From: a virus
DNA: 64,000 bases
Strand: one strand, 5' to 3'
Virus record (IMG/VR): IMGVR_UViG_3300012153_000001
Coordinates: 1,190-65,189 of that record
In this document: positions 8,492 to 16,659 of the stretch, in pieces
How the letters are laid out: every line of letters starts with the position of its first letter
Position numbering within the stretch: position 1 is the stretch's first letter
Program-made: the position numbers and the translations under genes
Notes under the pieces: model-generated
What the model was told of the DNA's origin: nothing
Seen by the model: only the letters and a program-made list of their open reading frames with translations
Database searches by the model: none

Positions 8492-8743
8492 TTAATCGCC
8501 TGCAGCCTCTTCGGGAGATCGCGCAACTCTCTTCATTTCGTACAGCTCATATGGGGAATCAAGGTTAAGTGCTTCCGCTATGGTGCGTAGGGTTCCCAGA
8601 CCCATTACACCAACGATGTGCTGACGATTAATATAGTTGTTGATCTGTTGCTTACTTATACCAGTAAGCTCAGCCAACTTGACTTGCGTCATCCTTTTGG
8701 ATTTAAGTATCTCCCGAAGTCGGCACTTACCGACTTCATACAT
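8492..8743 (-). CDS. XRE-family HTH transcriptional regulator
   Basis: ATG at 8743 follows SD GGAGGG. MTQVKLAELTGISKQQINNYINRQ is a classic Cro/CI-type HTH. Confidence 0.8.
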   Translation of the reverse strand: MYEVGKCRLREILKSKRMTQVKLAELTGISKQQINNYINRQHIVGVMGLGTLRTIAEALNLDSPYELYEMKRVARSPEEAAGD

Positions 8744-8785
8744 AAAACCCTCCAACAACAAGATTAAAAAAAAGATTTCAGAACG

Positions 8786-8827
8786 ATGTCCCAATATCAA
8801 AGATTCGTGTCCTTATATACTATGTAA
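8786..8827 (+). promoter_or_regulatory. 42-bp conserved promoter/operator-like element, copy 1
   Basis: ATGTCCCAAT-N7-ATTCGTGTCCTTATATACTATGTAA. It has the same architecture as 23591-23632 (34/42 identical). Confidence 0.6.
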
Positions 8828-8847
8828 CCAAAACAAGGAGCTGATAA

Positions 8848-9438
8848 ATGGTGAATAAACAACAACTGAATATCTTAGCCATGAGTGCTAAGAATGGTGA
8901 CTCGGATGCAATGTGGGGAGTGAAGTATCACTTTCAGGAAACGATTCACCGGATGTCGGAATACAACCGTAACCGACTGAACCAAGCTGATTTTGAAGAC
9001 GAGTGTTTCAAGATCATTGAAGATACGGTAATGAGGTTTGAAGCCGATAAAGGCGACTTACCACAATTAGTCATCAACTTCATTAAGCGCAGGTTAGGTC
9101 GATCTACAAAACGTTACAGTAAGAAGACAAAAGCGGATGAGTACGTTACGGTACCGATGGTACATAACGAAAACACCGACGGATTCACGGAGTTCGAAAT
9201 ACAAGACGATTTGGCGATCGTCGACAAGGATTTAATGTATAACGAAAGAATCACCGGCTTGGCGGCCGGCGACTCGAAGAAATTGGCGATCTTGAAAGCT
9301 TGGTCTGAACCAGGGCATAGCGTCACTGCAACCGCAAAGGAGTTGGCGCTCCTATTCGGTGGTAAAGCAGAATCGCACCGCAAGTCCATCGCAAGATTCA
9401 GATCAGAATGTGAGAAAGCACTGGCGTGTGCAGTCTAA
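8848..9438 (+). CDS. sigma-70-family-like transcription factor (tentative)
   Basis: SD AAGGAG upstream. Region-2-like N-terminus and a C-terminal HTH-like VTATAKELALLFGGKAESHRKSIARFR. The similarity is weak. Confidence 0.45.
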   Translation: MVNKQQLNILAMSAKNGDSDAMWGVKYHFQETIHRMSEYNRNRLNQADFEDECFKIIEDTVMRFEADKGDLPQLVINFIKRRLGRSTKRYSKKTKADEYVTVPMVHNENTDGFTEFEIQDDLAIVDKDLMYNERITGLAAGDSKKLAILKAWSEPGHSVTATAKELALLFGGKAESHRKSIARFRSECEKALACAV

Positions 9439-9642
9439 CATAAACGCGGTCGGAGTTTCAGGCAAGAAGCCCGACCTTGTTCGTAAAGAGTATATCACAC
9501 TTTCTTAACAATTAAACAATACGAAATAGATATGTATGTTGTAAATCTTTGGTAACAATGTTCAATCCACAATTAGCATGTTACCACGGTTGATAACGCT
9601 TGTCAACGCTATCTAACTATATTATACCCGGAGGTGGCCGCC

Positions 9643-9828
9643 TTGAAACGCGCCCTTGCTAAAAATATACGTTCGTCTAACACGGAAGTTTCACGTTTTC
9701 ATAACGAAATTTTACCTCAGTCCCGCCGCTACCCTGACGTTTGGTACAACGGTGCAGTCGCAGAGTACGAAGACTCCGCGGACTATATCGAAGCACTCAC
9801 TTTGCGGAGAGGCCGGGTGATTGCGTGA
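9643..9828 (+). CDS. hypothetical protein
   Basis: SD GGAGG lies 8 nt before TTG 9643, in frame with the track ORF starting at 9634. Confidence 0.35.
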   Translation: MKRALAKNIRSSNTEVSRFHNEILPQSRRYPDVWYNGAVAEYEDSADYIEALTLRRGRVIA

Positions 9829-10361
9829 AAACTCCGCTCAGATGGTCCGCAACTTCACACGCAATTAAGCGCGCTCGGGAACGGTTTAATGTCCGCGGCA
9901 GTGACGTACAAATCACCGAATGGCTTGCGCAGAAGTTAGATGCCGCGTCGTTTATCGGATGTATTCCGGATGACTCCGGCAAGATGCGCCGCGCATTTAC
10001 GTCAGGTAAAGTCGTCATCTTCGTCGCCATTGCGGATAACGCGGTGATCACCGTAAGAGAGGCGAGCGTCCAAAAAGAGTGGCGCGGAGTCATCGAAAGG
10101 TTGGCGGATAAGGAATTGCGCAAGCACAAGCGGAGGGCCCTCGCAGAAGAACGCAAGCTCCTCGAATTGAGAACGCAGATGGAAACGGAAGTATGCGGAT
10201 TGCGGTCGGCGGCCCTCAGCGCCAGATCAGACGCTAAGCGTAACGCATGCCATGCGAGAGTTAACGCATTAACTATGCGGATAACAGAGGTGGAGCGCGA
10301 TATAAACCGCGTCAGACGCGACGTTTTAAAGGCGGCCGAGAGTTATGCCGCGGTAATTTAA
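9826..10361 (+). CDS. hypothetical coiled-coil protein
   Basis: GTG 9826 overlaps the previous stop. The C-terminal half is Arg/Glu-rich and heptad-like. Confidence 0.45.
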
Positions 10362-10592
10362 ACCGTGTCATTACCTATTAAATAGCGTACCAAGTCGGCC
10401 CTGCGTCGGCTGCGCGGTATTAACTGTGTAAACATCCGGTTAGTGCCGTGCAGCGGGCGTGGGACTTGTGGAACAGGAGCGGACAATGATCCGCTTAGCA
10501 CAAGCGAAGAGTAAGCCGCGAACGATACGGAGTGCACACGTATCCAGTAGCGCAATCCCCGTCCGAAATAAACCGAAAAGGAACGTGATTGA

Positions 10593-11387
10593 ATGTCGAT
10601 GTTTACGAAAAAAGGTGCCGCCGCTGTTGCTAATGCTCAAGCTGATAAGGATACGCCAAACTCCGCCCTTGTTCCGTTCACATCCGGAACAACGTACAAA
10701 GTCCGCGTTAAATCTGTTGAGGACTCCGTTGAGTACTACGGCTTCGGAATGTTCGGTAAGGTCAATACGTTTGTACCGGAGAATCCCGCTACTCGTAACG
10801 ATAAAGGCTACGTAACAGCGAACCCTTCAGTATGGGACCGCGCGGCTGACTTGCTCTACGCTGATGCGAAGAAAGCGAAAGACGGCGGGGATGAGGCAGG
10901 AGCGGAGGAAATCCGTAAGCAAGCGTACTTGTACAAAGGGAAACCGAAGTACCTCGTTGCTTTCGGTAACCTGGAAGATGGCGCGGATATCGTTATCGAC
11001 TTGACGCCGAAGCAAGCGGCCGGAGTATTCGCGGCAATCAAGAAGTACGAGAAGAAACTCGATCGCCTCGCGTTTGAGATTTCGAAGACCGGATCATCTA
11101 CGAACACCGTCGTAAGCTTGTCGCCGATCCTCGATATGGACGAAGACCTGACGGAGAAAGAACGCGCTAACTTCGATAAAGCTGGCGAAAATCCGTTCGA
11201 TTTCGAAACGTTTGAAACGTGCCTTTATGTCGCGAAGGAGGATGAGCAGGTTAAGAACCTCGTAATCGCGGGCTTTGACATCGGACGACTCGGACTCTCG
11301 ATTGGTGCCAACTCGGGAAACAACGCGCCAGCTCCATCCGATAATGACGCGCCTATCGATATCTCTGACGAAGATTTACCGTTCTAA
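10593..11387 (+). CDS. putative single-stranded DNA-binding protein (atypical body, canonical acidic tip)
   Basis: The C-terminus DISDEDLPF matches the SSB tip consensus (D-D-D-I-P-F). The protein sits in the replication module. The N-terminal body was not recognised. Confidence 0.55.
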   Translation: MSMFTKKGAAAVANAQADKDTPNSALVPFTSGTTYKVRVKSVEDSVEYYGFGMFGKVNTFVPENPATRNDKGYVTANPSVWDRAADLLYADAKKAKDGGDEAGAEEIRKQAYLYKGKPKYLVAFGNLEDGADIVIDLTPKQAAGVFAAIKKYEKKLDRLAFEISKTGSSTNTVVSLSPILDMDEDLTEKERANFDKAGENPFDFETFETCLYVAKEDEQVKNLVIAGFDIGRLGLSIGANSGNNAPAPSDNDAPIDISDEDLPF

Positions 11388-11423
11388 TACGCAATTTACA
11401 CGCTCGCAAAATAACGAAGAGGA

Positions 11424-11846
11424 GTGATTTATATCGCACATGTTTCAGAAAGAGTCGGAAAGTATTCGGAGCTGGCGGCGCGTCTTGCGCTGCTCGCTAA
11501 CGGATGGACCGTACACAAGGCGGAGACGGACGAAGCGTACGATATCCTGGCGTGCGATCCATTATCGGGCGACTACGCTAAGATTCAGGTGAAGACGGTC
11601 AGACAGCGGATGGACCGCGGCGGCGACCTCGTAGTTTATGCGCGGAAAGGGAACGGAACAACGTACGACTTATCCGACGCTGATCTAATAATTGGCGTCT
11701 GGGCGCAAGATGGCGAAATGCCGCGCGTATTTATGTTCGAGAACCGATTATGCGGAGAGTACTGGGCGCGGGAAGCAAGCGCGAGTGAGCGTTGGGTTGA
11801 GCTCTCGTTAGCGTTGAACCGCGGATTAGTAACAGCGGCGGCCTAA
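11424..11846 (+). CDS. PD-(D/E)XK-type endonuclease (Hjc/PDDEXK_5-like)
   Basis: EAYDILAC...KIQVKT resembles a D..(D/E)xK core. The start is uncertain: GTG 11424 lies inside the SD, and ATC 11433 lies 8 nt after it. Confidence 0.5.
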   Translation: MIYIAHVSERVGKYSELAARLALLANGWTVHKAETDEAYDILACDPLSGDYAKIQVKTVRQRMDRGGDLVVYARKGNGTTYDLSDADLIIGVWAQDGEMPRVFMFENRLCGEYWAREASASERWVELSLALNRGLVTAAA

Positions 11847-11920
11847 CGTAAGTAAACGGAGCAAGCGTAGTATTGGGCGGAGGTCCCAACGGACAGCCCA
11901 CGAAAAGGGGAAACTCATTA

Positions 11921-13372
11921 ATGGCGAAACTTAACGTGGTAATTCCGGCAGTAGAGGTAACGGTGGATGGCGTGACTTATCGCAAGGTTGACCGCAAGGC
12001 GCAAGCGGGTGATATCGTTAAGGCGCTAAATAATGGTGACGACATCGATATGGGCGCATTCTACGCGGTGTACGTAAGCTCAGACCGTGAACTCGTGTTT
12101 GCGGATGATAACGGTGATGAGAGAGCGTATCAACTCAGAGAGAACTCGGATAAGTACGAAGTCTACGCGCCAATCTCCGAACCAGCCGCGGACACTATCA
12201 CGTTCGAAGGCGCAACATGGCGCAAAGTCGACCGCGATGTCCGCGAAGGCGATGCGATTAAGTTTACGGGTAAGGGACGCCGCAGCTACTTGACTGGTGC
12301 GGAGCTGTACGTTGTTGACCGCGTAGATTCGTGCGACGATCCGCAAATTACGGATGACGACGGAGATGATTACGACGCGGGCAGCGCTGATTACGAAGTC
12401 TACGAGAAGGTTGCGGAAGAGAAGACGCAAGTCACTACACCTCAGTATCGCGAGGTTAAGCGGAAAGCTGACGTAGGTGAGCGGATTAAGATCGTCGATA
12501 GGCTCGTATGGGAGACACGTTATGCGAACGGAGATACCTTCGTTGTAGCAGAGGACGCGGCTGGTGGTGACGTCGTTATTAGAACGGAGAATTTCCCGAG
12601 AGTATGCGTAGTTTATTCCGAATACGTCGTACTCGAACCGGTAACCGCGGAGCCTGCGAAGAAAGCGGAGCCAGAACGCCTGGCCGTCGGAGATTATGCG
12701 CGGGTTGTTGACGGAGAGAAAATAAACTCGGGAGCTCGCGTTGGAGACATCGTTGAGATACTCGTAGATGATAAGAGCACGGTGCCGTATAAAGTACGTA
12801 CAATTAGCGGCTATAGGGTCGGAGACGAAAACTGGGCGCTTCCTTCCGCATTTGTCCGCGCAACAGACGAAGAGGTGGCGGCCGCTAAAGATCCGCGCAG
12901 TAAATTCGAGATCGGAGACTACGTAAAGGTTGCGGTCGAATACTGCGAGCATAAGGTAGGCGACGTATTGAAGATTACGAACACAGCCAGCAGACACGAT
13001 TTCTACGTAACTAACGTGGCTACTAATCGTCTTGGGTGCATCGACGCAGACAAACTCGTTAAACTCACCGCAGCCGAAATCGCGGAGATCGAACGCAAGC
13101 AAGCGGAAGAAGCCGCTAAACGCGCTGAGGAAGCCCGCTGGAACGCGATCGGCCGTAAGGTGAACGAGTATAAACGCGGAGATTTGGTAAAGGTACTCGG
13201 AACTCTCGGCGGAGAAACCGAAGTAGGCGACATCGTGGAGGTATACGAAGGAGACGGAACTGACTCACCGATGATTTACGGTAATGATGGTTCAACATAC
13301 TACGCCACGGTTGAGCTAATCGTTCCGGTAGAGCAACGTTTCGACCGCGTAGAGGAGGTGGACGCCGCATAA
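11921..13372 (+). CDS. repeat protein, paralog family member P1
   Basis: SD AAAGGGGA lies before ATG 11921. Three units of type (Y/W)R(K/E)V(D/K)RKAxxG(D/E)xIK...YEVY/YVVLEP, followed by three xGDxVKV-type units. Confidence 0.6.
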   Translation: MAKLNVVIPAVEVTVDGVTYRKVDRKAQAGDIVKALNNGDDIDMGAFYAVYVSSDRELVFADDNGDERAYQLRENSDKYEVYAPISEPAADTITFEGATWRKVDRDVREGDAIKFTGKGRRSYLTGAELYVVDRVDSCDDPQITDDDGDDYDAGSADYEVYEKVAEEKTQVTTPQYREVKRKADVGERIKIVDRLVWETRYANGDTFVVAEDAAGGDVVIRTENFPRVCVVYSEYVVLEPVTAEPAKKAEPERLAVGDYARVVDGEKINSGARVGDIVEILVDDKSTVPYKVRTISGYRVGDENWALPSAFVRATDEEVAAAKDPRSKFEIGDYVKVAVEYCEHKVGDVLKITNTASRHDFYVTNVATNRLGCIDADKLVKLTAAEIAEIERKQAEEAAKRAEEARWNAIGRKVNEYKRGDLVKVLGTLGGETEVGDIVEVYEGDGTDSPMIYGNDGSTYYATVELIVPVEQRFDRVEEVDAA

Positions 13373-13381
13373 GCGCTAACC

Positions 13382-15244
13382 GTGCGGACTACAACGAAAG
13401 GAGTGAGCGCTATATCACCGAAACTAACGCTAAACTTACGGCCGCCAGCGGATGACGAAGCGGCGGAACGGGTGGCAGACGCAGCTAAACGGAAGAAGGC
13501 GGCGCAGGAGACGGACGAAGAGGCGATCGACCGCGTACTGCGGATGTCATTAACGGATAAGCAACGCGAGGCAATCGAAGGCTTACGGCAGGTATACGGA
13601 TCGGGCGAAACAGGCAATCGTCCGACTCTCCGTACCTCTGGCGGCCAAGTAACGAAAGAAGACGTAATCCGCGCGGCTGAACAACTGCAACGACAAAGGC
13701 AGACGGATCAGCGCGCGGAGAAAGTTGCGGAGACATTGCGGTCAAAGCCGGATAATTTCCACATCGTAACGGATGACGCGGAGTTACCTGCGTTCGTCGA
13801 GCGTATTCGCGAAGAGTGTCGGCGCCAAATGGCGGAGTGGCCGGATAGGTGGGCGATACTTGGCGTAAAATCGCTGACCGCGAATGACTTCGAGGGAACC
13901 GGAGTAGACACGTACATTGACGTATCAATCGGATATTCCGTATGGCTTCCGTTACTGGACGAAGGGTACTACCTTCCGTATGGGCACGTTGACATGCGCG
14001 GAGAATCGGGCTTCGACTTCCTGGACGATATGAGCGCACATAAATCAACCGACCGCCAGCTCACGCGTTCAAAAGTTCTCGCGGCAATCACGCCTTATCT
14101 ATCGCAACCAGCGCATGGCAAATCGTTTCATATGGGATCTGCGCGCTATGACTTACACGTTGCGATTAAAGACGGCTACGAGATTCACGGCTGCGTATGG
14201 GATTCGCTGGACGCGATGAACTCGTTAAATGAGCACGAGGAGTACTTCGGTCTCAAACCGTTAACCGCTAAATACGGACGTTACTTCGGAATTGACGGTC
14301 CGGTCTATACGTTTGAAGACATGTTTGGAAACCGTTCGCCAGCTCCGTTCAGCATCGAACTCGTCGGAATCTACGCGATCAAGGACGTACTGTACGGTTG
14401 GCGCCTTACGGAATGGCAATTCGAACAGATGCGCGTTACGCCGTCCGCAGAGAAGCCGGGCAAGCTTCTCGAATGTTATGCGCAAATTGACTCGAAGCTT
14501 CCGGAGACAGACGTATTCTTGGCGCGGTCCGGCTTCTGCGTTGATATTGACGGACTCGCCGCGTTAGAAACCGAGTTCGAACCGCTACTTGAGAAGGCTC
14601 GTGCTGACGTATTCGAAGCGTACGAAATTGACGACGCGTTTGTACGTAAGATGGACCGCACGATCAACGCGGCTAAGGTTACGGACTGGATCGATAAGCA
14701 ACGTAAGAGGATCGCACGGAATGCGGAAGCTCAGGAGAAACAACTCGCGATAATCTCGGAATGTAAAGCCGCAGGGAAAACGCAGCTCAAGAAATATACG
14801 AACGCGGTCGAAAGGCTTGCGCAATTGAAGGCGGAGAATTTAGCGCCAGCCGACGAAGAGCACGCGCCACTTAACGTAACGGAGTTTTCGATAACGAACG
14901 GGAATCACCTTGCGTATCTGATTTACGATCACCTCGGAATACGCGACCGCACCGGACAGTTCAAGCGCGGCAAGAACCGCAGTACGGCTGCTGACGTCAT
15001 GGAGGCGTATTACGAAGAGGAAGAAGCGCTCAAGCCGTTGGCGACCGTGGCTGCGTACGAGAAGCTGCTAACAACGTATATCCAACCGATGTTAGGGAGC
15101 GCGGGCAAATCGTCCATTATCGAAGTGGATGGGCGCGTACACTCGGAGTTCAAAGCGGGAGGGACCGCAACAGGGCGGTACAGTTCGTCAGGATACAGCG
15201 GAAGACCGATCGATATATTACGCGAATTTGAAACGGAGGAATGA
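13382..15244 (+). CDS. polA: family A DNA polymerase, N-terminal part (3'-5' exonuclease + N-terminal pol domain)
   Basis: Exo I-like NDFEGTGVD. The ORF ends ...GGTATGRYSSSGYSGRPIDILREFETEE*, right after the PolA TGRxSS motif. The start is uncertain (GTG 13382, or ATA 13412 after an SD). Confidence 0.85.
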   Translation: MRTTTKGVSAISPKLTLNLRPPADDEAAERVADAAKRKKAAQETDEEAIDRVLRMSLTDKQREAIEGLRQVYGSGETGNRPTLRTSGGQVTKEDVIRAAEQLQRQRQTDQRAEKVAETLRSKPDNFHIVTDDAELPAFVERIREECRRQMAEWPDRWAILGVKSLTANDFEGTGVDTYIDVSIGYSVWLPLLDEGYYLPYGHVDMRGESGFDFLDDMSAHKSTDRQLTRSKVLAAITPYLSQPAHGKSFHMGSARYDLHVAIKDGYEIHGCVWDSLDAMNSLNEHEEYFGLKPLTAKYGRYFGIDGPVYTFEDMFGNRSPAPFSIELVGIYAIKDVLYGWRLTEWQFEQMRVTPSAEKPGKLLECYAQIDSKLPETDVFLARSGFCVDIDGLAALETEFEPLLEKARADVFEAYEIDDAFVRKMDRTINAAKVTDWIDKQRKRIARNAEAQEKQLAIISECKAAGKTQLKKYTNAVERLAQLKAENLAPADEEHAPLNVTEFSITNGNHLAYLIYDHLGIRDRTGQFKRGKNRSTAADVMEAYYEEEEALKPLATVAAYEKLLTTYIQPMLGSAGKSSIIEVDGRVHSEFKAGGTATGRYSSSGYSGRPIDILREFETEE

Positions 15245-15248
15245 GTAG

Positions 15249-15578
15249 ATGACTAAATATCTTTTGCCTCTCATTGACGGTGGTATCGTGAAAATTGAGA
15301 CTGATTCGGAGTACTCGCCAGGCTGCGAGACGTGTGACTACGGAAGTTTATATATAAACGATTTCAACGTTCTATTGAGTACTGGAAATATATACGTCAG
15401 AGCAGAAAATATGTACGAGTACGCATTGTCCGAGGGCTACTTAATGGAGCTCATTCTTCCGAATACAGACCTTATTAAAGGGATGACAGAGCGTGGGTTC
15501 TTTGAGTGGGTTGAGGAGAGCCTGCGAGGTAAGTTTGGAAGTCTAATCGATATTTGCGAGTTCAACGCTAATGCCTAA
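15249..15578 (+). CDS. hypothetical 109-aa protein inserted inside polA
   Basis: SD GGAGG lies 10 nt upstream. AT-richer than the flanks. CETCDYG is the only motif seen. No homing-endonuclease motif recognised. Confidence 0.6.
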   Translation: MTKYLLPLIDGGIVKIETDSEYSPGCETCDYGSLYINDFNVLLSTGNIYVRAENMYEYALSEGYLMELILPNTDLIKGMTERGFFEWVEESLRGKFGSLIDICEFNANA

Positions 15579-16659
15579 CATAACTGACGCTAATTACCAC
15601 GCTATTGTCCGTAAGCTTATCGCAGACAACCGCAAGGTAAGACGCGGCCTCAACGCCCAGAATTTACCATCTAAAGGCGCAGGCAGCCGCGTCCGTAATC
15701 AATTCGTTCCTCGCGAAGGCTTCACGTTTGTCGGCGCCGACCTCGGGCAGATAGAGCCTCGAATAATGGCGCACATCATGTATACGAAATATAACGACAA
15801 CTCTATGCGTCAAATCTTCGTAGACGGCGTCGACCTCTATACGACTATGGCGATGATGACGTTCGACTTGCCAGAAGAATACTGCGTCGACAAAGCGTAC
15901 GATCCGACCGGCAAGTTCAAGCCGCGCGTAATGATGAAGACAGGCCAGCTCGCGGTGTCATACGATCAATCCGTTAAGTCTTTCGCGAAGAAGATGCAAG
16001 TTACCGACGACGTTGCGCAGATGTTCTTCGAAAACTTCGACCAAACGTTTCCGTCGTTTAAAACGATGGTGGCCGATATTCGCGACTTCATGCGTCAGCA
16101 CGGTTATGTAGAAACACTTTTCGGCCGCAAACGTCGCTTCCCGGATTATAAACGCGTAGCTGCGTCAGCATCGAAGAATGAGCAACGGTTGATCCGCTTG
16201 TACACTGAACGGAAATCACTCCGCCGCCTGACGCCGACCGATGCAGAACAACGAAGGATCACCGCACTGCAAGAGGAGATAGGCAAGCTCGCAGAGGATC
16301 GCGGTAATGTCGGCTACTGGGAACGTGCTGCCTTCAACGCGGTTATCCAAGGAACTGGCGCGGACATCCTCAAGCGCATTGGTATCCGTATGGCACAGAT
16401 ATGTCGAGAACGCGGATGGGAGTTTAACGCGTCAATACATGATGAAGTTATCGTAAGCATTCCGGACGATCAAATGACGCCGGAAACAATCGCGCTTATT
16501 AACGAAGTGATGACGAAGACTTCCGAGTTAAGCGTGCCGCTTACGACGGACATTGCGATACAAAAGCGCTGGATGATGGAGTATTCAGCGGACGAATGGG
16601 ACTACGCGAATAACCGGCCGTTGCCGGAGTTTGCGAATAAATACGGGGAGGCTGCGTAA
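15571..16659 (+). CDS. polA: family A DNA polymerase, C-terminal part (motifs A, B, C)
   Basis: LNAQNLPSKG (the PNLQNIP equivalent), motif A VGADLGQIEPRIMAH, motif B KTGQLAVSY, motif C SIHDEVIV. The ATG overlaps the stop of the inserted ORF and has no SD. Confidence 0.85.
   Translation: MPNITDANYHAIVRKLIADNRKVRRGLNAQNLPSKGAGSRVRNQFVPREGFTFVGADLGQIEPRIMAHIMYTKYNDNSMRQIFVDGVDLYTTMAMMTFDLPEEYCVDKAYDPTGKFKPRVMMKTGQLAVSYDQSVKSFAKKMQVTDDVAQMFFENFDQTFPSFKTMVADIRDFMRQHGYVETLFGRKRRFPDYKRVAASASKNEQRLIRLYTERKSLRRLTPTDAEQRRITALQEEIGKLAEDRGNVGYWERAAFNAVIQGTGADILKRIGIRMAQICRERGWEFNASIHDEVIVSIPDDQMTPETIALINEVMTKTSELSVPLTTDIAIQKRWMMEYSADEWDYANNRPLPEFANKYGEAA

Noticed and set aside
10459-10815. 118-aa plus-strand ORF overlapping the start of the SSB-like gene
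   Set aside because: It has no SD and a basic low-complexity translation, and it overlaps the well-initiated 10593 gene out of frame.
12080-13102. 340-aa ORF on the minus strand
   Set aside because: It is entirely antisense to the repeat protein P1, which has an SD, internal repeats and paralogues. The ORF has no SD and an Arg/Ser/Val-rich, low-complexity translation typical of antisense frames.
15245-15570. Intein or group I intron interpretation of the polA interruption
   Set aside because: An intein is excluded: stop codons and frame changes separate the three ORFs, and no Cys/Ser-...-HN splice junction residues are present. A group I intron is unlikely: about 330 of the ~450 intervening nt are ORF, which leaves too little for a ribozyme core, and I could not trace P3-P8 pairings. 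It is kept as a formal alternative to test by RT-PCR.
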